In this document: positions 9,566 to 19,271 of the stretch, piece by piece
How the letters are laid out: the number at the start of each line of letters is the position of its first letter
How positions within the stretch are numbered: the first letter of the stretch is position 1
Notes under the pieces: generated by a model
What the model was told of the DNA's origin: nothing
Database searches by the model: none
What the model saw: the letters and a program-made list of their open reading frames with translations, nothing else
NCBI GenBank assembly: GCA_027717645.1
Contig: JALLOG010000003.1
Location: forward strand, 1-63,673
Direction: 5' to 3'
Source: Desulfobacterota bacterium AH_259_B03_O07
Lineage (GTDB): Bacteria > Desulfobacterota_D > UBA1144 > Nemesobacterales > CSP1-2
DNA length: 63,673 nucleotides
Program-made: the position numbers and the translations under genes

Positions 9566-10693
9566 ATGAAAGAGCAGTCCTTTCTGATTATAGATTCTAG
9601 TGAAAATAGTGCAGATCTTTATTATAGGACCAACTTTTTTGTTCCTGACCCAATTATTTTTATCGAACACAAAGGGGAGAAAATACTTGTATTAAATGAA
9701 CTCGAAATTGAAAGGGGCAAGAGGGACGCAAAAGTAGATAAAGTTCTCTCTTTTTCTGAGTATTTAAAGAAACTTCCACCAAAAAAAAGGAAAAAAAGAA
9801 TTATAACGAATATAGTTGATCTCATTTTTAAAGAACTAAAAATTAAAGGTGCATTGGTACCAGGAAGATTTCCAATAAAATATACAGATGAGTTAAGAAA
9901 GCTCGGCTACAGGCTGAGATTTAAACAAAAAGAGCCTTTTTTTGAAGAAAGGTTGAAGAAGACACCAATGGAAATGAAGTTTATAAGAGATTGTCTTAGA
10001 GATACGTCGAAGGCTATGGAGTTTGCCCGGCGTATGATCTCATCTAGCATCATAAGAAATAATCTTCTTTATTTAAACGGTAGTGAACTTACTTCTGAGA
10101 GGATAAAGGGTGAGATAAATTCTTTCCTATCATTATTAGGTTACTCTGCTTCGCATACGATCGTATCATGCGGTATACATTCCTCTATGCCTCACCATAC
10201 AGGTGAAGGCCCACTTTTAGCGAATAAGCCTATTGTCGTTGATATTTTTCCAAAGTCTCAAAATAGTGGATACTATGGTGATATGACAAGAACGTTTGTT
10301 AAGGGCGAACCATCGAAAGAACTAAAGAAAATGTATCGGACAGTCCTAAGAGGGCAAAAGATCGGAATTAGCATGGTAAGAGATGGCGTCAAAGTGAAGG
10401 AAGTACATGAGGAGATCGTTGATTTTTTCAGAAGAAGCGGCTTTCGGACAGGCGCCATGGGAGGAAAACAGCAGGGTTTCATTCATTCAACTGGTCACGG
10501 ACTCGGTCTGGAAATTCATGAGCCCCCGATAATAGGTTTGGGGGAGGAAACACTCGAAGAAGGAAATGTAGTAACGGTTGAGCCGGGATTATACTACGAA
10601 AACATTGGCGGGGTAAGAATCGAAGATGTAGTAGTCGTTAAAAAGAAAGGTTGCTTGAATCTTACAAGATATCCTAATAGATTTAAGGTCTAG
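9566..10693 (+). CDS. M24 family Xaa-Pro aminopeptidase
   Basis: GYYGDMTRT, HSTGHGLGLEIHE, TVEPGLY, GGVRIED. Confidence 0.9.
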   Translation: MKEQSFLIIDSSENSADLYYRTNFFVPDPIIFIEHKGEKILVLNELEIERGKRDAKVDKVLSFSEYLKKLPPKKRKKRIITNIVDLIFKELKIKGALVPGRFPIKYTDELRKLGYRLRFKQKEPFFEERLKKTPMEMKFIRDCLRDTSKAMEFARRMISSSIIRNNLLYLNGSELTSERIKGEINSFLSLLGYSASHTIVSCGIHSSMPHHTGEGPLLANKPIVVDIFPKSQNSGYYGDMTRTFVKGEPSKELKKMYRTVLRGQKIGISMVRDGVKVKEVHEEIVDFFRRSGFRTGAMGGKQQGFIHSTGHGLGLEIHEPPIIGLGEETLEEGNVVTVEPGLYYENIGGVRIEDVVVVKKKGCLNLTRYPNRFKV

Positions 10694-10695
10694 AC

Positions 10696-11649
10696 ATGGA
10701 TCCAATTACTCACGGGCTTATTGGTACTTTAGGTTCTAGAACTGGTTTTTCACAAAAATCAGGAAGAATTGCTACGATTGCTTTTTTAATCGGGGCCATC
10801 TTCCCTGATCTGGATATATTGGTAGCATTAGGTGGGCCGGATTTTTCTCTCAGGTACCATAGGGGAATTACACATTCGGTGATTGCTGCTCCTTTTTTTG
10901 CGATTTTTCTTGCCGCCCTAATTTACAGGTTCACTTCATATAAAAACTTGCTTGCTTTGGCTTTGATGGTGGGTCTTGGTATATATTCACATATTTTCTT
11001 TGATCTCATTACTTCGTATGGCACAGTAATATTCGATCCTATTAGCATGAAGAGATACAGTTGGAATCTGGTTTTTATAATAGATCCATTTATCACTATT
11101 CCGGCATTGTTGGGTTTGATTCTTTGTTGGAAATTTAAGGGAAAGGCCATCTTGATTTCATTTTCTGTGTTAGTTTTTCTTGTTTTTTATATGATTCTCA
11201 GCCTGGCTCTAAAATCAATAAATGGAGATAAATTAACCAAATTTGCTTATGAAAATACGCTTGATGTTAAAAAGTCTACACTATACCCATTACCACTAGC
11301 ACCCATTTTTTGGATGGGGGTAATCGAAACTGAAGACGCCTTTTACAAAATAAATTTTTCGATGTTTAAAGATGGTCCGACATCTATCAAAGAGATTTCG
11401 AGAACAAGCGGTAATTCTTTCATAAGTCTTGCAAACGAATTAGAAATCACGAGTCTTTACAAATGGTTTGCTGATTACCCTGTGGCGCAATACAGAAAAT
11501 CAAACGGTGAGCACATTGTTGAGTTCTACGATTTGAGATTCAATATAATTTCTGGAAAAAATCCATTTATTTTAAAAATTATTTATACCAGAGATGGGAA
11601 TTTAAAAGATATCTTTTTAAATGGTAGATATGTTGGAGAAGCACTATAA
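10696..11649 (+). CDS. Membrane-bound metal-dependent hydrolase (YdjM-like)
   Basis: MDPITH, PDLD, HRGITHS, SHIFFDLITSYGT. Confidence 0.85.
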   Translation: MDPITHGLIGTLGSRTGFSQKSGRIATIAFLIGAIFPDLDILVALGGPDFSLRYHRGITHSVIAAPFFAIFLAALIYRFTSYKNLLALALMVGLGIYSHIFFDLITSYGTVIFDPISMKRYSWNLVFIIDPFITIPALLGLILCWKFKGKAILISFSVLVFLVFYMILSLALKSINGDKLTKFAYENTLDVKKSTLYPLPLAPIFWMGVIETEDAFYKINFSMFKDGPTSIKEISRTSGNSFISLANELEITSLYKWFADYPVAQYRKSNGEHIVEFYDLRFNIISGKNPFILKIIYTRDGNLKDIFLNGRYVGEAL

Positions 11650-11703
11650 AAGTATTTTATATATCAGATTCGAATTCCAATTAGCTAATTTTTCTTACAA
11701 CCA

Positions 11704-12471
11704 ATGAAGAGGACAATCCAAGATTTAGTAGAATTATGTGATTACCTAAGAAGTCCCGAAGGTTGTCCCTGGGACAGAGAACAGACGCTTAAAACTCTTA
11801 GGACTTTTATGATCGAGGAAGCATATGAGGTGATTGAGGCAATTAATGCAAACGACTTTGATGAACTAAAGGAAGAGCTCGGTGATCTCTTATATCAAAT
11901 AGTGTTTGCCTCTCAGATATGCAAGGAGGATGGGAAATTAAATATAGATGAGGTGGTTGATCAACTCTACCATAAATTGGTTAGACGCCATCCGCATGTA
12001 TTCGGAGAAAAGAAAGCGAAAGACGCAGAAGAAGCATTAAAGAGATGGCATGGTGAAAAGTTAAAGGAAAAATCCAGAAAAGGAAATCTTCTTGAGATTC
12101 CTCGCTCTATGCCATCGCTGTTACGTGCACAAAGAGTTGGGGACAAGGCTTCCCATGTCGGCTTTGATTGGACTAACTCAAAGGAGGTCATAAAAAAGGT
12201 CATAGAAGAGCTGAATGAATTACAAATTGAGCTGGATAAGGGTGATACTAAATCAATAGAGAGAGAATGGGGGGATCTGATGTTTTCTTTAGTCAACCTA
12301 GCAAGGCATCTTAAATTTGATGCCGAGAGCACTACTCATAGTGCGATTGATAATTTTATACATAGATTTCGTGATATTGAGGAAAAAGCTAAAGACATGA
12401 ATAAGAATTTATCGGAGCTTTCGATTGATGAAATGGATGATCTTTGGGAAAAGGTTAAGAGCAGTACTTAA
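11704..12471 (+). CDS. mazG: Nucleoside triphosphate pyrophosphohydrolase MazG
   Basis: LRSPEGCPWDREQT, EEAYEV, EELGDLL, KLVRRHPHVF; two-domain form. Confidence 0.95.
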   Translation: MKRTIQDLVELCDYLRSPEGCPWDREQTLKTLRTFMIEEAYEVIEAINANDFDELKEELGDLLYQIVFASQICKEDGKLNIDEVVDQLYHKLVRRHPHVFGEKKAKDAEEALKRWHGEKLKEKSRKGNLLEIPRSMPSLLRAQRVGDKASHVGFDWTNSKEVIKKVIEELNELQIELDKGDTKSIEREWGDLMFSLVNLARHLKFDAESTTHSAIDNFIHRFRDIEEKAKDMNKNLSELSIDEMDDLWEKVKSST

Positions 12472-13682
12472 TTATTTTCTAAAAGAACACTGATTAATTT
12501 CCAGCCTTTATCTAAGTAAACTTTAGCATTTGATGCAATTGTTTCCGTGTATGAAAGCGATTCATCTTTAATACTTTCGTCATTCGAGCTATATATTGCG
12601 AACGGTACAGGTTCATTTACATGTGTTCTGAGATCGATAGGAGTTGGGTGGTCTGACATAACTAGTATTTTATAATCTTTAAAGATTTTGATGCCTTCCA
12701 AGATCGGTCCTACAACCAGGGTGTCAAGATCTTCAATTGCCTGGATTTTTAGCTCTGCCTTGCCGAGATGGCCAGTTTCATCAGTAGCTTCGATATGAAT
12801 CATAGTTAAATCTACATCGCTTAAAGAATTGAGGGCGTATTTGACCTTTCCTTCATAGTTTGTGTCTAGGTAACCTGTTGCTCCAGGAACGTCTATTACT
12901 TCTAGACCTGCATAATGGCCTATACCCTTAACTAGGTCTACCGCCGAAATAACTGAGCCTCTGATTCCGTGAAGCTCTCTGAAAGTTGGCATTTTTGGTG
13001 CTACTCCCTGTCCCCAAAGCCAGATGCTGGTGGCTGGGTTTTTCCCTTCCCCAATTCTTTTCTTATTCACGGGATGGTTATTTAGTATTAATTCGGATTT
13101 TTCTATAATATCATGCAACTTGTCTGTACCTTCACCCCTTGGAATGTATTGATCTATTTCTTTTCCAGAGATGTCGTGTGGCGGGGTGGTTTTAATATTT
13201 TTGTTGCCATGATTCCATACTAATAGATGCCTATAGCTAACTCCTGGAAAAAGTTTTAAATTTTCTTCTTCCAGTTCTTTTCTCAGATCGATGATTAATT
13301 CTTTGGCTTCTTCAGTTGATATATGGCCTGCGCTGTAATCTTCCATCACAGTTTTTCCATTGTACTTCCTCAATGTCACAAGATTGCATCTCAGTGCTAC
13401 GTCTGTTTCCTTCAATTGCACACCAATACTTGCAGCCTCAAGTGGAGATCTTCCCGTGTAGTAAACACTCGGGTCATAACCCAAGACCGTTAAATTCCCG
13501 ACATCGCTTCCTGGTGGCAGGCCTTCAGGAATTGTTCTTACCATTCCGAACTGGACTGCGGTTTTTGCAATTTTGTCCAGATTGGGAGTTCTCGCGACTT
13601 CAAGTGGAGTTTTGTTTCCCAGCTCAGGTAGACGATGGTCGGGCATACCATCCGCTTGTAGTATCACATATTTCATGGTCAT
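12468..13682 (-). CDS. apgM: Cofactor-independent phosphoglycerate mutase, ApgM type
   Basis: DGMPD, TPLEVARTPNLD, PGSDVGNL, YTGRSPLEAAS, HIEATDETGH, SDHPTP. Confidence 0.9.
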   Translation of the reverse strand: MTMKYVILQADGMPDHRLPELGNKTPLEVARTPNLDKIAKTAVQFGMVRTIPEGLPPGSDVGNLTVLGYDPSVYYTGRSPLEAASIGVQLKETDVALRCNLVTLRKYNGKTVMEDYSAGHISTEEAKELIIDLRKELEEENLKLFPGVSYRHLLVWNHGNKNIKTTPPHDISGKEIDQYIPRGEGTDKLHDIIEKSELILNNHPVNKKRIGEGKNPATSIWLWGQGVAPKMPTFRELHGIRGSVISAVDLVKGIGHYAGLEVIDVPGATGYLDTNYEGKVKYALNSLSDVDLTMIHIEATDETGHLGKAELKIQAIEDLDTLVVGPILEGIKIFKDYKILVMSDHPTPIDLRTHVNEPVPFAIYSSNDESIKDESLSYTETIASNAKVYLDKGWKLISVLLENN

Positions 13683-13709
13683 ATGAGGATAAATATTTTC
13701 GGAAATTAA

Positions 13710-14087
13710 TCAAGGTGTAAAAGGATGTAGTTCTAATTCCTTAAAGATTTTATAATGCTTTATATTCCCAGTGACTAGTGGAATTTGAAATAGCACTGCT
13801 GTAGAGGCGATTAATGCGTCTGCAAGGCGTATTGAATAACTCAGAAAATACTGTTCAACATAAAACATTGCTTTAGTTGAAATCGCTTCATCGATTTGCA
13901 AGATTTTGATCTTCCAAATCTTTAAAGCAGTTTTGAGAGCCTTGAATTCGCTCTTGTTTCTTAAGCCTTGGACTAGCTCCAGATAAGAAACTACAGAAAT
14001 TAAAAATCCTTCGTTGGAATTTAAGAGTTCAACAGCTTTTGGATTGTCTCGCATGTACCATATGACGATATCTGTATCAATCAACAT
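13710..14087 (-). CDS. vapC: PIN-domain toxin VapC
   Basis: LIDTDIVI, ELVQG, DALIASTA, LVTGNIKHY. Confidence 0.9.
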   Translation of the reverse strand: MLIDTDIVIWYMRDNPKAVELLNSNEGFLISVVSYLELVQGLRNKSEFKALKTALKIWKIKILQIDEAISTKAMFYVEQYFLSYSIRLADALIASTAVLFQIPLVTGNIKHYKIFKELELHPFTP

Positions 14088-14322
14088 CGGTTCTGCCTTT
14101 TCTTATGGTCTCTATGTATTTATAAACCTCTTCACTTTCCTTATGATCTTTCCAGATTCCCTTTAGGGGATTTGTAACTTTATGTGTCTCAGAAATAGAA
14201 TTGAAACGTACTAACTTTGCGAAGGGCTTACCACGATAGGTAATGATTACTTCCTCACCCCTTGATACGCTTTCCAATAGTTCTTTAGTGTGAAATCTTA
14301 AATCCTTGGCCGTTGCTTTCAT
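14077..14322 (-). CDS. Phd/YefM-family antitoxin
   Basis: ATAKDLR...LLESVSRGEEVIITYRGKPFAKLV; overlaps the vapC start. Confidence 0.9.
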   Translation of the reverse strand: MKATAKDLRFHTKELLESVSRGEEVIITYRGKPFAKLVRFNSISETHKVTNPLKGIWKDHKESEEVYKYIETIRKGRTDVD

Positions 14323-14344
14323 ATGAATAGTCCTTTTATATGTT

Positions 14345-14370
14345 AAGTTTATATTTTAAAGTATAAACTT
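14345..14370. promoter_or_regulatory. Palindromic operator upstream of the Phd-VapC operon
   Basis: AAGTTTATA-N8-TATAAACTT just upstream of the antitoxin ATG. Confidence 0.55.
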
Positions 14371-14643
14371 TATGAATAAATAATCAAGTCTTATAAATTA
14401 CTGAACGCTGGACTTATTCATTTTATGATTCATTAATTATCTCCGCAGCTATAAAATCCAAATGTTCAGTACTCTATTCAGTAGATTTACAACATGGACC
14501 GACAATCCAAGATTTGATGATTGTTAATCCATTTGTTTGAGACCTACAAATCAAAATAACGTTTTTCTCGCCTAGTATTGAGAAGAATTTCTTTGACAAT
14601 TAAGGTATTATTGTGCCAAAAGAGAAGAAAATTTGTAATCAAT

Positions 14644-15384
14644 ATGAGCAAAAATTACATTAATCCTCCAATAATCGAGGCGGTTTGTGAGTTTCGTTTA
14701 CCGAAGGACTGTAAATGGGATCTAACAGTACCTGGATTAATTTATGAAAAAGTAGGTGATGTTTTTCATCATAAAAATCAAAGAATTACGCAAAGTGTAG
14801 ACATAACTCAATCTGAAAAAGGAATTCAACAACAGATAATAAGTCAAGAGCTCGTTCAGTTTCTAAATGATAGTAAAAAAATCTTCGTACAAGTTGGTAC
14901 TAGACTTATAACTATTAATTGCTTAGCTCCATATCCATCATGGGAGAAATACAAACCTCATATCGATAATGTTTTTAATGCGCTCAATCAAATTGTTAAA
15001 ATTGACAAACTAGAAAGGATTGGATTACGTTATATAAATAAAATTAATATTAATATGAAATCCGTTGATTTAGATCATTTTTTCGAATTTAGACCATTTT
15101 TAGGTGACAACTTGCCTCAAAATCTAGCAAATTTCCGTTTGGAGACTCTGTTTAGGTATTGTGATGACCGAGACTCTTGTAAATTAATATTGGCTAATAC
15201 CTTGGTTGAAGATCCTGAAAGTACTTCTTTTATTCTTGATGTAGACTATTTTCTTTCTAAACCACGAACTGTAATGTCCGATGATGCCTTAATTTGGGTA
15301 GAAAATGCTCATGGAATAGCGGAAACTATTTTTGAAGGATGTTTAACACAACCCTTAAGGGATATCTTTCAGGAGGTAAGGTGA
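14644..15384 (+). CDS. TIGR04255-family protein
   Basis: YINPPIIEAVCEFR, PYPSWEKY, RIGLRYINKI, FILDVDY, IFEGCLT. Confidence 0.8.
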   Translation: MSKNYINPPIIEAVCEFRLPKDCKWDLTVPGLIYEKVGDVFHHKNQRITQSVDITQSEKGIQQQIISQELVQFLNDSKKIFVQVGTRLITINCLAPYPSWEKYKPHIDNVFNALNQIVKIDKLERIGLRYINKININMKSVDLDHFFEFRPFLGDNLPQNLANFRLETLFRYCDDRDSCKLILANTLVEDPESTSFILDVDYFLSKPRTVMSDDALIWVENAHGIAETIFEGCLTQPLRDIFQEVR

Positions 15385-15996
15385 ATGGCAGTTATAACAA
15401 CTGGACACGACTTAGAAAGTGTTAAATATCATAGTTTATCACTCTACCAACCTGAGGAATTGGAAGAATTGCTTGATTACATGATTCATATTGAGAACAT
15501 TGAGAATATAAAGAGTGCCAGCGTAATTTTAGGACCGAAATTTTCAATAAAAGAAAAGTATTTCATTGCTGATTTACTTTATAGTTATGGGAACGAATTG
15601 AATAGATATTATTCTAAAGAATTGCAAATTATAGGTAGCTTTAATTTAAGTTCTCAAATTGAAGAGGTTCTTACTCAACTTCAAGAATATTGGATTACCA
15701 TTTCAAAGCCCTCGGAAGTTAGTGATTACTTAATTCGTTATCCCGATTTAAGTAATTTCGTACTATATATTTGTAAAATGGCTAGAGATGAATTTGGGAT
15801 ACAGACTCAACTATCATTAGAAATTTATAATGATCCAGAGATCGAGGACGAGTATCTAACGCTTTATGTTCGTCAGCAACATTACGATGAAAATATACTG
15901 GATAAAATTGAGGACGTACGTAAACAATATGAAGAGATGCTTATAGGAAGATCAGGTTGGCTACTTGTAACAACCGATTTTCATCCTCCAAGGTAA
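15385..15996 (+). CDS. Hypothetical protein with possible degenerate nucleotidyltransferase-like C-terminal domain (putative antitoxin)
   Basis: Coupled between the TIGR04255 and HEPN genes; C-terminal DYLIRYPDL...LSLEIYNDPEIEDEYLTLYVR. Confidence 0.5.
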   Translation: MAVITTGHDLESVKYHSLSLYQPEELEELLDYMIHIENIENIKSASVILGPKFSIKEKYFIADLLYSYGNELNRYYSKELQIIGSFNLSSQIEEVLTQLQEYWITISKPSEVSDYLIRYPDLSNFVLYICKMARDEFGIQTQLSLEIYNDPEIEDEYLTLYVRQQHYDENILDKIEDVRKQYEEMLIGRSGWLLVTTDFHPPR

Positions 15997-16001
15997 TAAA
16001 T

Positions 16002-16367
16002 ATGAGTTTTGATTGGAAAGAGTATCTTAATTTAGCCCGGTTTCTTCAGGGATATGGTGGAAGTAGCTTTAGTCAAGAGGCTGGATTACGGTGTTCTGTG
16101 AGTAGAGCTTACTACGCAGCTTATTGTCATTCCCGAAACTATGCTCGTGACCAGCGTAGTTTTATTCCGACTTATAAATCCGCAGATCATAAGCGTGTCA
16201 GGGAACATTTTCAGAATCTAGGAATGACTGATATCTCATCCAAACTCGACGATCTAAGAGTATGGCGAAATAGTTGTGACTATGATGATAGCGTTTCTAA
16301 CATTTCTGTCCTCGTTTCATCTGCAGTTGTCAGATCTCAAGAAATTATCGGTAAGCTTGCATATTAA
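16002..16367 (+). CDS. HEPN-domain protein (UPF0332-like)
   Basis: FDWKEYLNLA, RCSVSRAYYAAY, H, LRVWRNSCDY. Confidence 0.8.
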   Translation: MSFDWKEYLNLARFLQGYGGSSFSQEAGLRCSVSRAYYAAYCHSRNYARDQRSFIPTYKSADHKRVREHFQNLGMTDISSKLDDLRVWRNSCDYDDSVSNISVLVSSAVVRSQEIIGKLAY

Positions 16368-16484
16368 ATTAAGATAAAAATTGTAGGAAGTTATGGTCAA
16401 TGTCTTACAATCTTCATTATAGAGCTATTTTGTATCTGTTATTTTAATAAGGTCATATAAAGATAAGATACTAAGAGTACTTCA

Positions 16485-17414
16485 CTAGCTCAAAGCTCCA
16501 TCGAATTTTATTACCTGTTTTTCGGCATGGTAAGAGCTCCTTACGAGAGGACCGGACTCCACATGAGGTATGCTTATTATCTCTTCTCCATATTTTTTTA
16601 GAGATTCGAATTCGATGGGATGGTAGTATTTTGATACAGGAAGGTGCTCCCTTGTTGGTTGTAAGTATTGGCCAATGGTTACAATATCGCAACCAACGGT
16701 TTTTAAGTCACAGAGCGTGTCAATTATTTCTTCTATTTCCTCTCCAAGACCTACCATAATTCCTGATTTGGTTAATATTCCTTCATGTCCCTGATCTTTG
16801 CTTTCTTTCAAGAGCCTTAGGGACCATTCATATTTTGCCTGAGGTCTTACGGCTCGTGTTCTTCCAATGTGAGTTTCTTGAGGTAGATAGTAAAGTCTGG
16901 GTACTGTTTCTATGTTATGATTTAATATATCTGGTTTTGCCGATACGACTTCGTTAAGAGCTTGTAGTTCGCCCTTAAAATCAGGAATAAGTACCTCAAT
17001 GGTGATCTCCGGGTTGTATTTTCTTACTTTCGTTATTGTCTCTGCAAATAAGCGAGCACTCTCATAATTTTTGTCGTCTCTATTTACCGATGTGATTACT
17101 ATATGACTTATGTAGACATTATTTTTAACCAGTTCACTTACTGCTTCCGCAACCCTTATTGGCTCTTCCCAGTCCAAATCATTGCCTTTACCCGTTTTGA
17201 CACTACAAAAACCGCAGCTTCTCGTACAGGTATCACCGAGGATCATAAAAGTCAGAGTGCCGGCTCCCCAACATTCACCGATATTTGGACATCTGGCTTC
17301 TTCGCAAACTGTATGAAGATCTAGGCTCTTCATCAGTGATTTAAGGTGCTTGTAATTTGGACTGTTTGGAATCTTGGCCTTAATCCAGCTTGGTTTCGGT
17401 AGGATTTGATTCAT
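16485..17414 (-). CDS. lipA: Lipoyl synthase
   Basis: CEEARCPNIGEC, CTRSCGFC, VRSSYHA. Confidence 0.97.
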   Translation of the reverse strand: MNQILPKPSWIKAKIPNSPNYKHLKSLMKSLDLHTVCEEARCPNIGECWGAGTLTFMILGDTCTRSCGFCSVKTGKGNDLDWEEPIRVAEAVSELVKNNVYISHIVITSVNRDDKNYESARLFAETITKVRKYNPEITIEVLIPDFKGELQALNEVVSAKPDILNHNIETVPRLYYLPQETHIGRTRAVRPQAKYEWSLRLLKESKDQGHEGILTKSGIMVGLGEEIEEIIDTLCDLKTVGCDIVTIGQYLQPTREHLPVSKYYHPIEFESLKKYGEEIISIPHVESGPLVRSSYHAEKQVIKFDGALS

Positions 17415-17523
17415 ATATTATATGATAAGAATTATTGAGTCTTAGGCAAATATTGATGAATCTGTCACCGGGAATGGATGATTCCACTGATTGTCATGGA
17501 ATTATAAATAATTAATGTAAATG

Positions 17524-17886
17524 TTAGGTATTTGTCTCTTCAGTGGCTGTTTCTGAAGAAGAACCACTTATGACTGAACTACCAAATACGGACGTGCTTG
17601 GTTCCGATGGTTGAGATTCAAGCTCGATAATTCTTTTTTGTTGCTCTTTTATACGTGATTTGAGAGACCCTGAATGTAAGGCGCCCCACACAACTGCGAA
17701 GAGAACACCAATAAGGAAAGTAACCAAAATAATCACAATGTTAGTAGTGAGATACGGGCCGATCTGATAGAATTTAAGATCAAGCTTGAGTTCAAATTCA
17801 TGAGTAAAAACTTCTTGATTTTGTGTGAAGAATGCAATTACCAAAACAACAAAGATAGCTAGTATTATAATCTTAATAGATCTCAT
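17524..17886 (-). CDS. LapA-family membrane protein
   Basis: Two TM helices, FFTQN motif, C-terminal coiled coil; location in the rpsA cluster. Confidence 0.65.
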   Translation of the reverse strand: MRSIKIIILAIFVVLVIAFFTQNQEVFTHEFELKLDLKFYQIGPYLTTNIVIILVTFLIGVLFAVVWGALHSGSLKSRIKEQQKRIIELESQPSEPSTSVFGSSVISGSSSETATEETNT

Positions 17887-17889
17887 AAA

Positions 17890-18375
17890 TTACCTCCCTA
17901 AGTTTTTTAATTGTTCAAAGAGCTTAAGATAGGTTTGATCAATGTATTCTGGTATGATTTTGGTATCTCCGATAACAGGCATAAAATTGGTATCTCCATT
18001 CCATCTAGGTACTATGTGAAAATGAATATGGTCTTCAATTCCAGCACCAGCTATTCTACCTAGATTCATACCAATATTGAAGCCCTCAGGATTTAGTATC
18101 TTTAAAGCCTCTGTACCAAGAACTGTAAGATTCATCAGATCTAACCTTTCTGATTCATCAAGTTCTGCCATATCGTCTACATGTCTATAGGGCACAGCCA
18201 TAAGATGACCATTTGAATAAGGAAAGCGATTCATTATTATGTAACCAGTGGTTCCTCGATAAAGTATAAGGTTTTTTCTATCCTTTTTTTTTGGGGGTTT
18301 ATCACAAAAAATGCACCCTTCTTCTTTTTCCTTGGTAATGTATTCAATTCTCCAAGGAGCCCATATTGCTTTCAT
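17890..18375 (-). CDS. HIT-family hydrolase (Ap4A phosphorylase-like)
   Basis: WAPWRIEYI, CIFC, HIHFHIVPRWNGD. Confidence 0.9.
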   Translation of the reverse strand: MKAIWAPWRIEYITKEKEEGCIFCDKPPKKKDRKNLILYRGTTGYIIMNRFPYSNGHLMAVPYRHVDDMAELDESERLDLMNLTVLGTEALKILNPEGFNIGMNLGRIAGAGIEDHIHFHIVPRWNGDTNFMPVIGDTKIIPEYIDQTYLKLFEQLKNLGR

Positions 18376-18377
18376 CG

Positions 18378-19259
18378 TTAATTAATTATATCTACTATGT
18401 AAAATAGCCCAAAGCGATGTTTTAATGGAAAACCAGAGAGCCCATGAGTTTCAAGTTTTGAAATTAGAAGGTCAAGAAAGGTCCTCTTTTTTTTGGGATA
18501 ATAAACGACATTAGGGTCTTCTTCAATTCCACCCATATCTCCAGCAAGTCTAATAGCATCGCTGATAGTACCGATTTCATCAACGAGATTTAGATCCAAT
18601 GCCTGCTGACCTGTGAAGATTCTGCCATCGGATATTTGTTTCATTACTTTTAAATCTATATCTCTCGATTCTGACACAGCTAGTGTAAATTGTGAATGAA
18701 CATTATCAATAATTGTCTGCAAGTAATCCAGTTCAGCCTTGGACATTTCTCTAAAAGGAGAGCCCGTATCTTTAAACTTTCCGCTTTTAATTACTTCAAC
18801 GTCAACCTTTGCCCAATTTAGAAGCTGCTCATAACTTACAAATTGAGCAATCACGCCAATACTTCCGGTTATAGTGCCAGGATTAGCAAGTATTTTCTGC
18901 GCTCCACAAGCAATGTAATATCCACCAGAGGCTGCAACAGAGCCCAAACTAGCAATTACAGGGATCTTCTCTCTTAACAATTTGGCCTCGCTGTAGATCT
19001 CCTGTGATGCTCCAACGGCTCCGCCGGGCGAGTTTATCCTTAAAACAAGGGCTTTAATGGAATCATCTTTTTTAATTTTAGAAAGGCTTTCAAGATATAT
19101 TTGGGAATCAATTATAATGTCATCGATTCTTAATACGGCAACCCTTTCACCTGGAGCGAAACCATCATCACCAAAGAAGGCCAAGCCAGCTCCAAGTCCG
19201 ATAATAAAGGCAAAGGAAACCAGTAATAATACAAGTATTATGATAAGTAAACCACGCAA
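18378..19259 (-). CDS. sppA: Signal peptide peptidase SppA (36K type)
   Basis: LRINSPGG, AASGGYYIA, TGSIGV, KSGKFKD. Confidence 0.92.
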   Translation of the reverse strand: MRGLLIIILVLLLVSFAFIIGLGAGLAFFGDDGFAPGERVAVLRIDDIIIDSQIYLESLSKIKKDDSIKALVLRINSPGGAVGASQEIYSEAKLLREKIPVIASLGSVAASGGYYIACGAQKILANPGTITGSIGVIAQFVSYEQLLNWAKVDVEVIKSGKFKDTGSPFREMSKAELDYLQTIIDNVHSQFTLAVSESRDIDLKVMKQISDGRIFTGQQALDLNLVDEIGTISDAIRLAGDMGGIEEDPNVVYYPKKKRTFLDLLISKLETHGLSGFPLKHRFGLFYIVDIIN

Positions 19260-19271
19260 GTTGTAATTACC

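Noticed and set aside
11704-12471. MazG as an anti-phage gene
   Set aside because: Canonical two-domain housekeeping form in a core operon.
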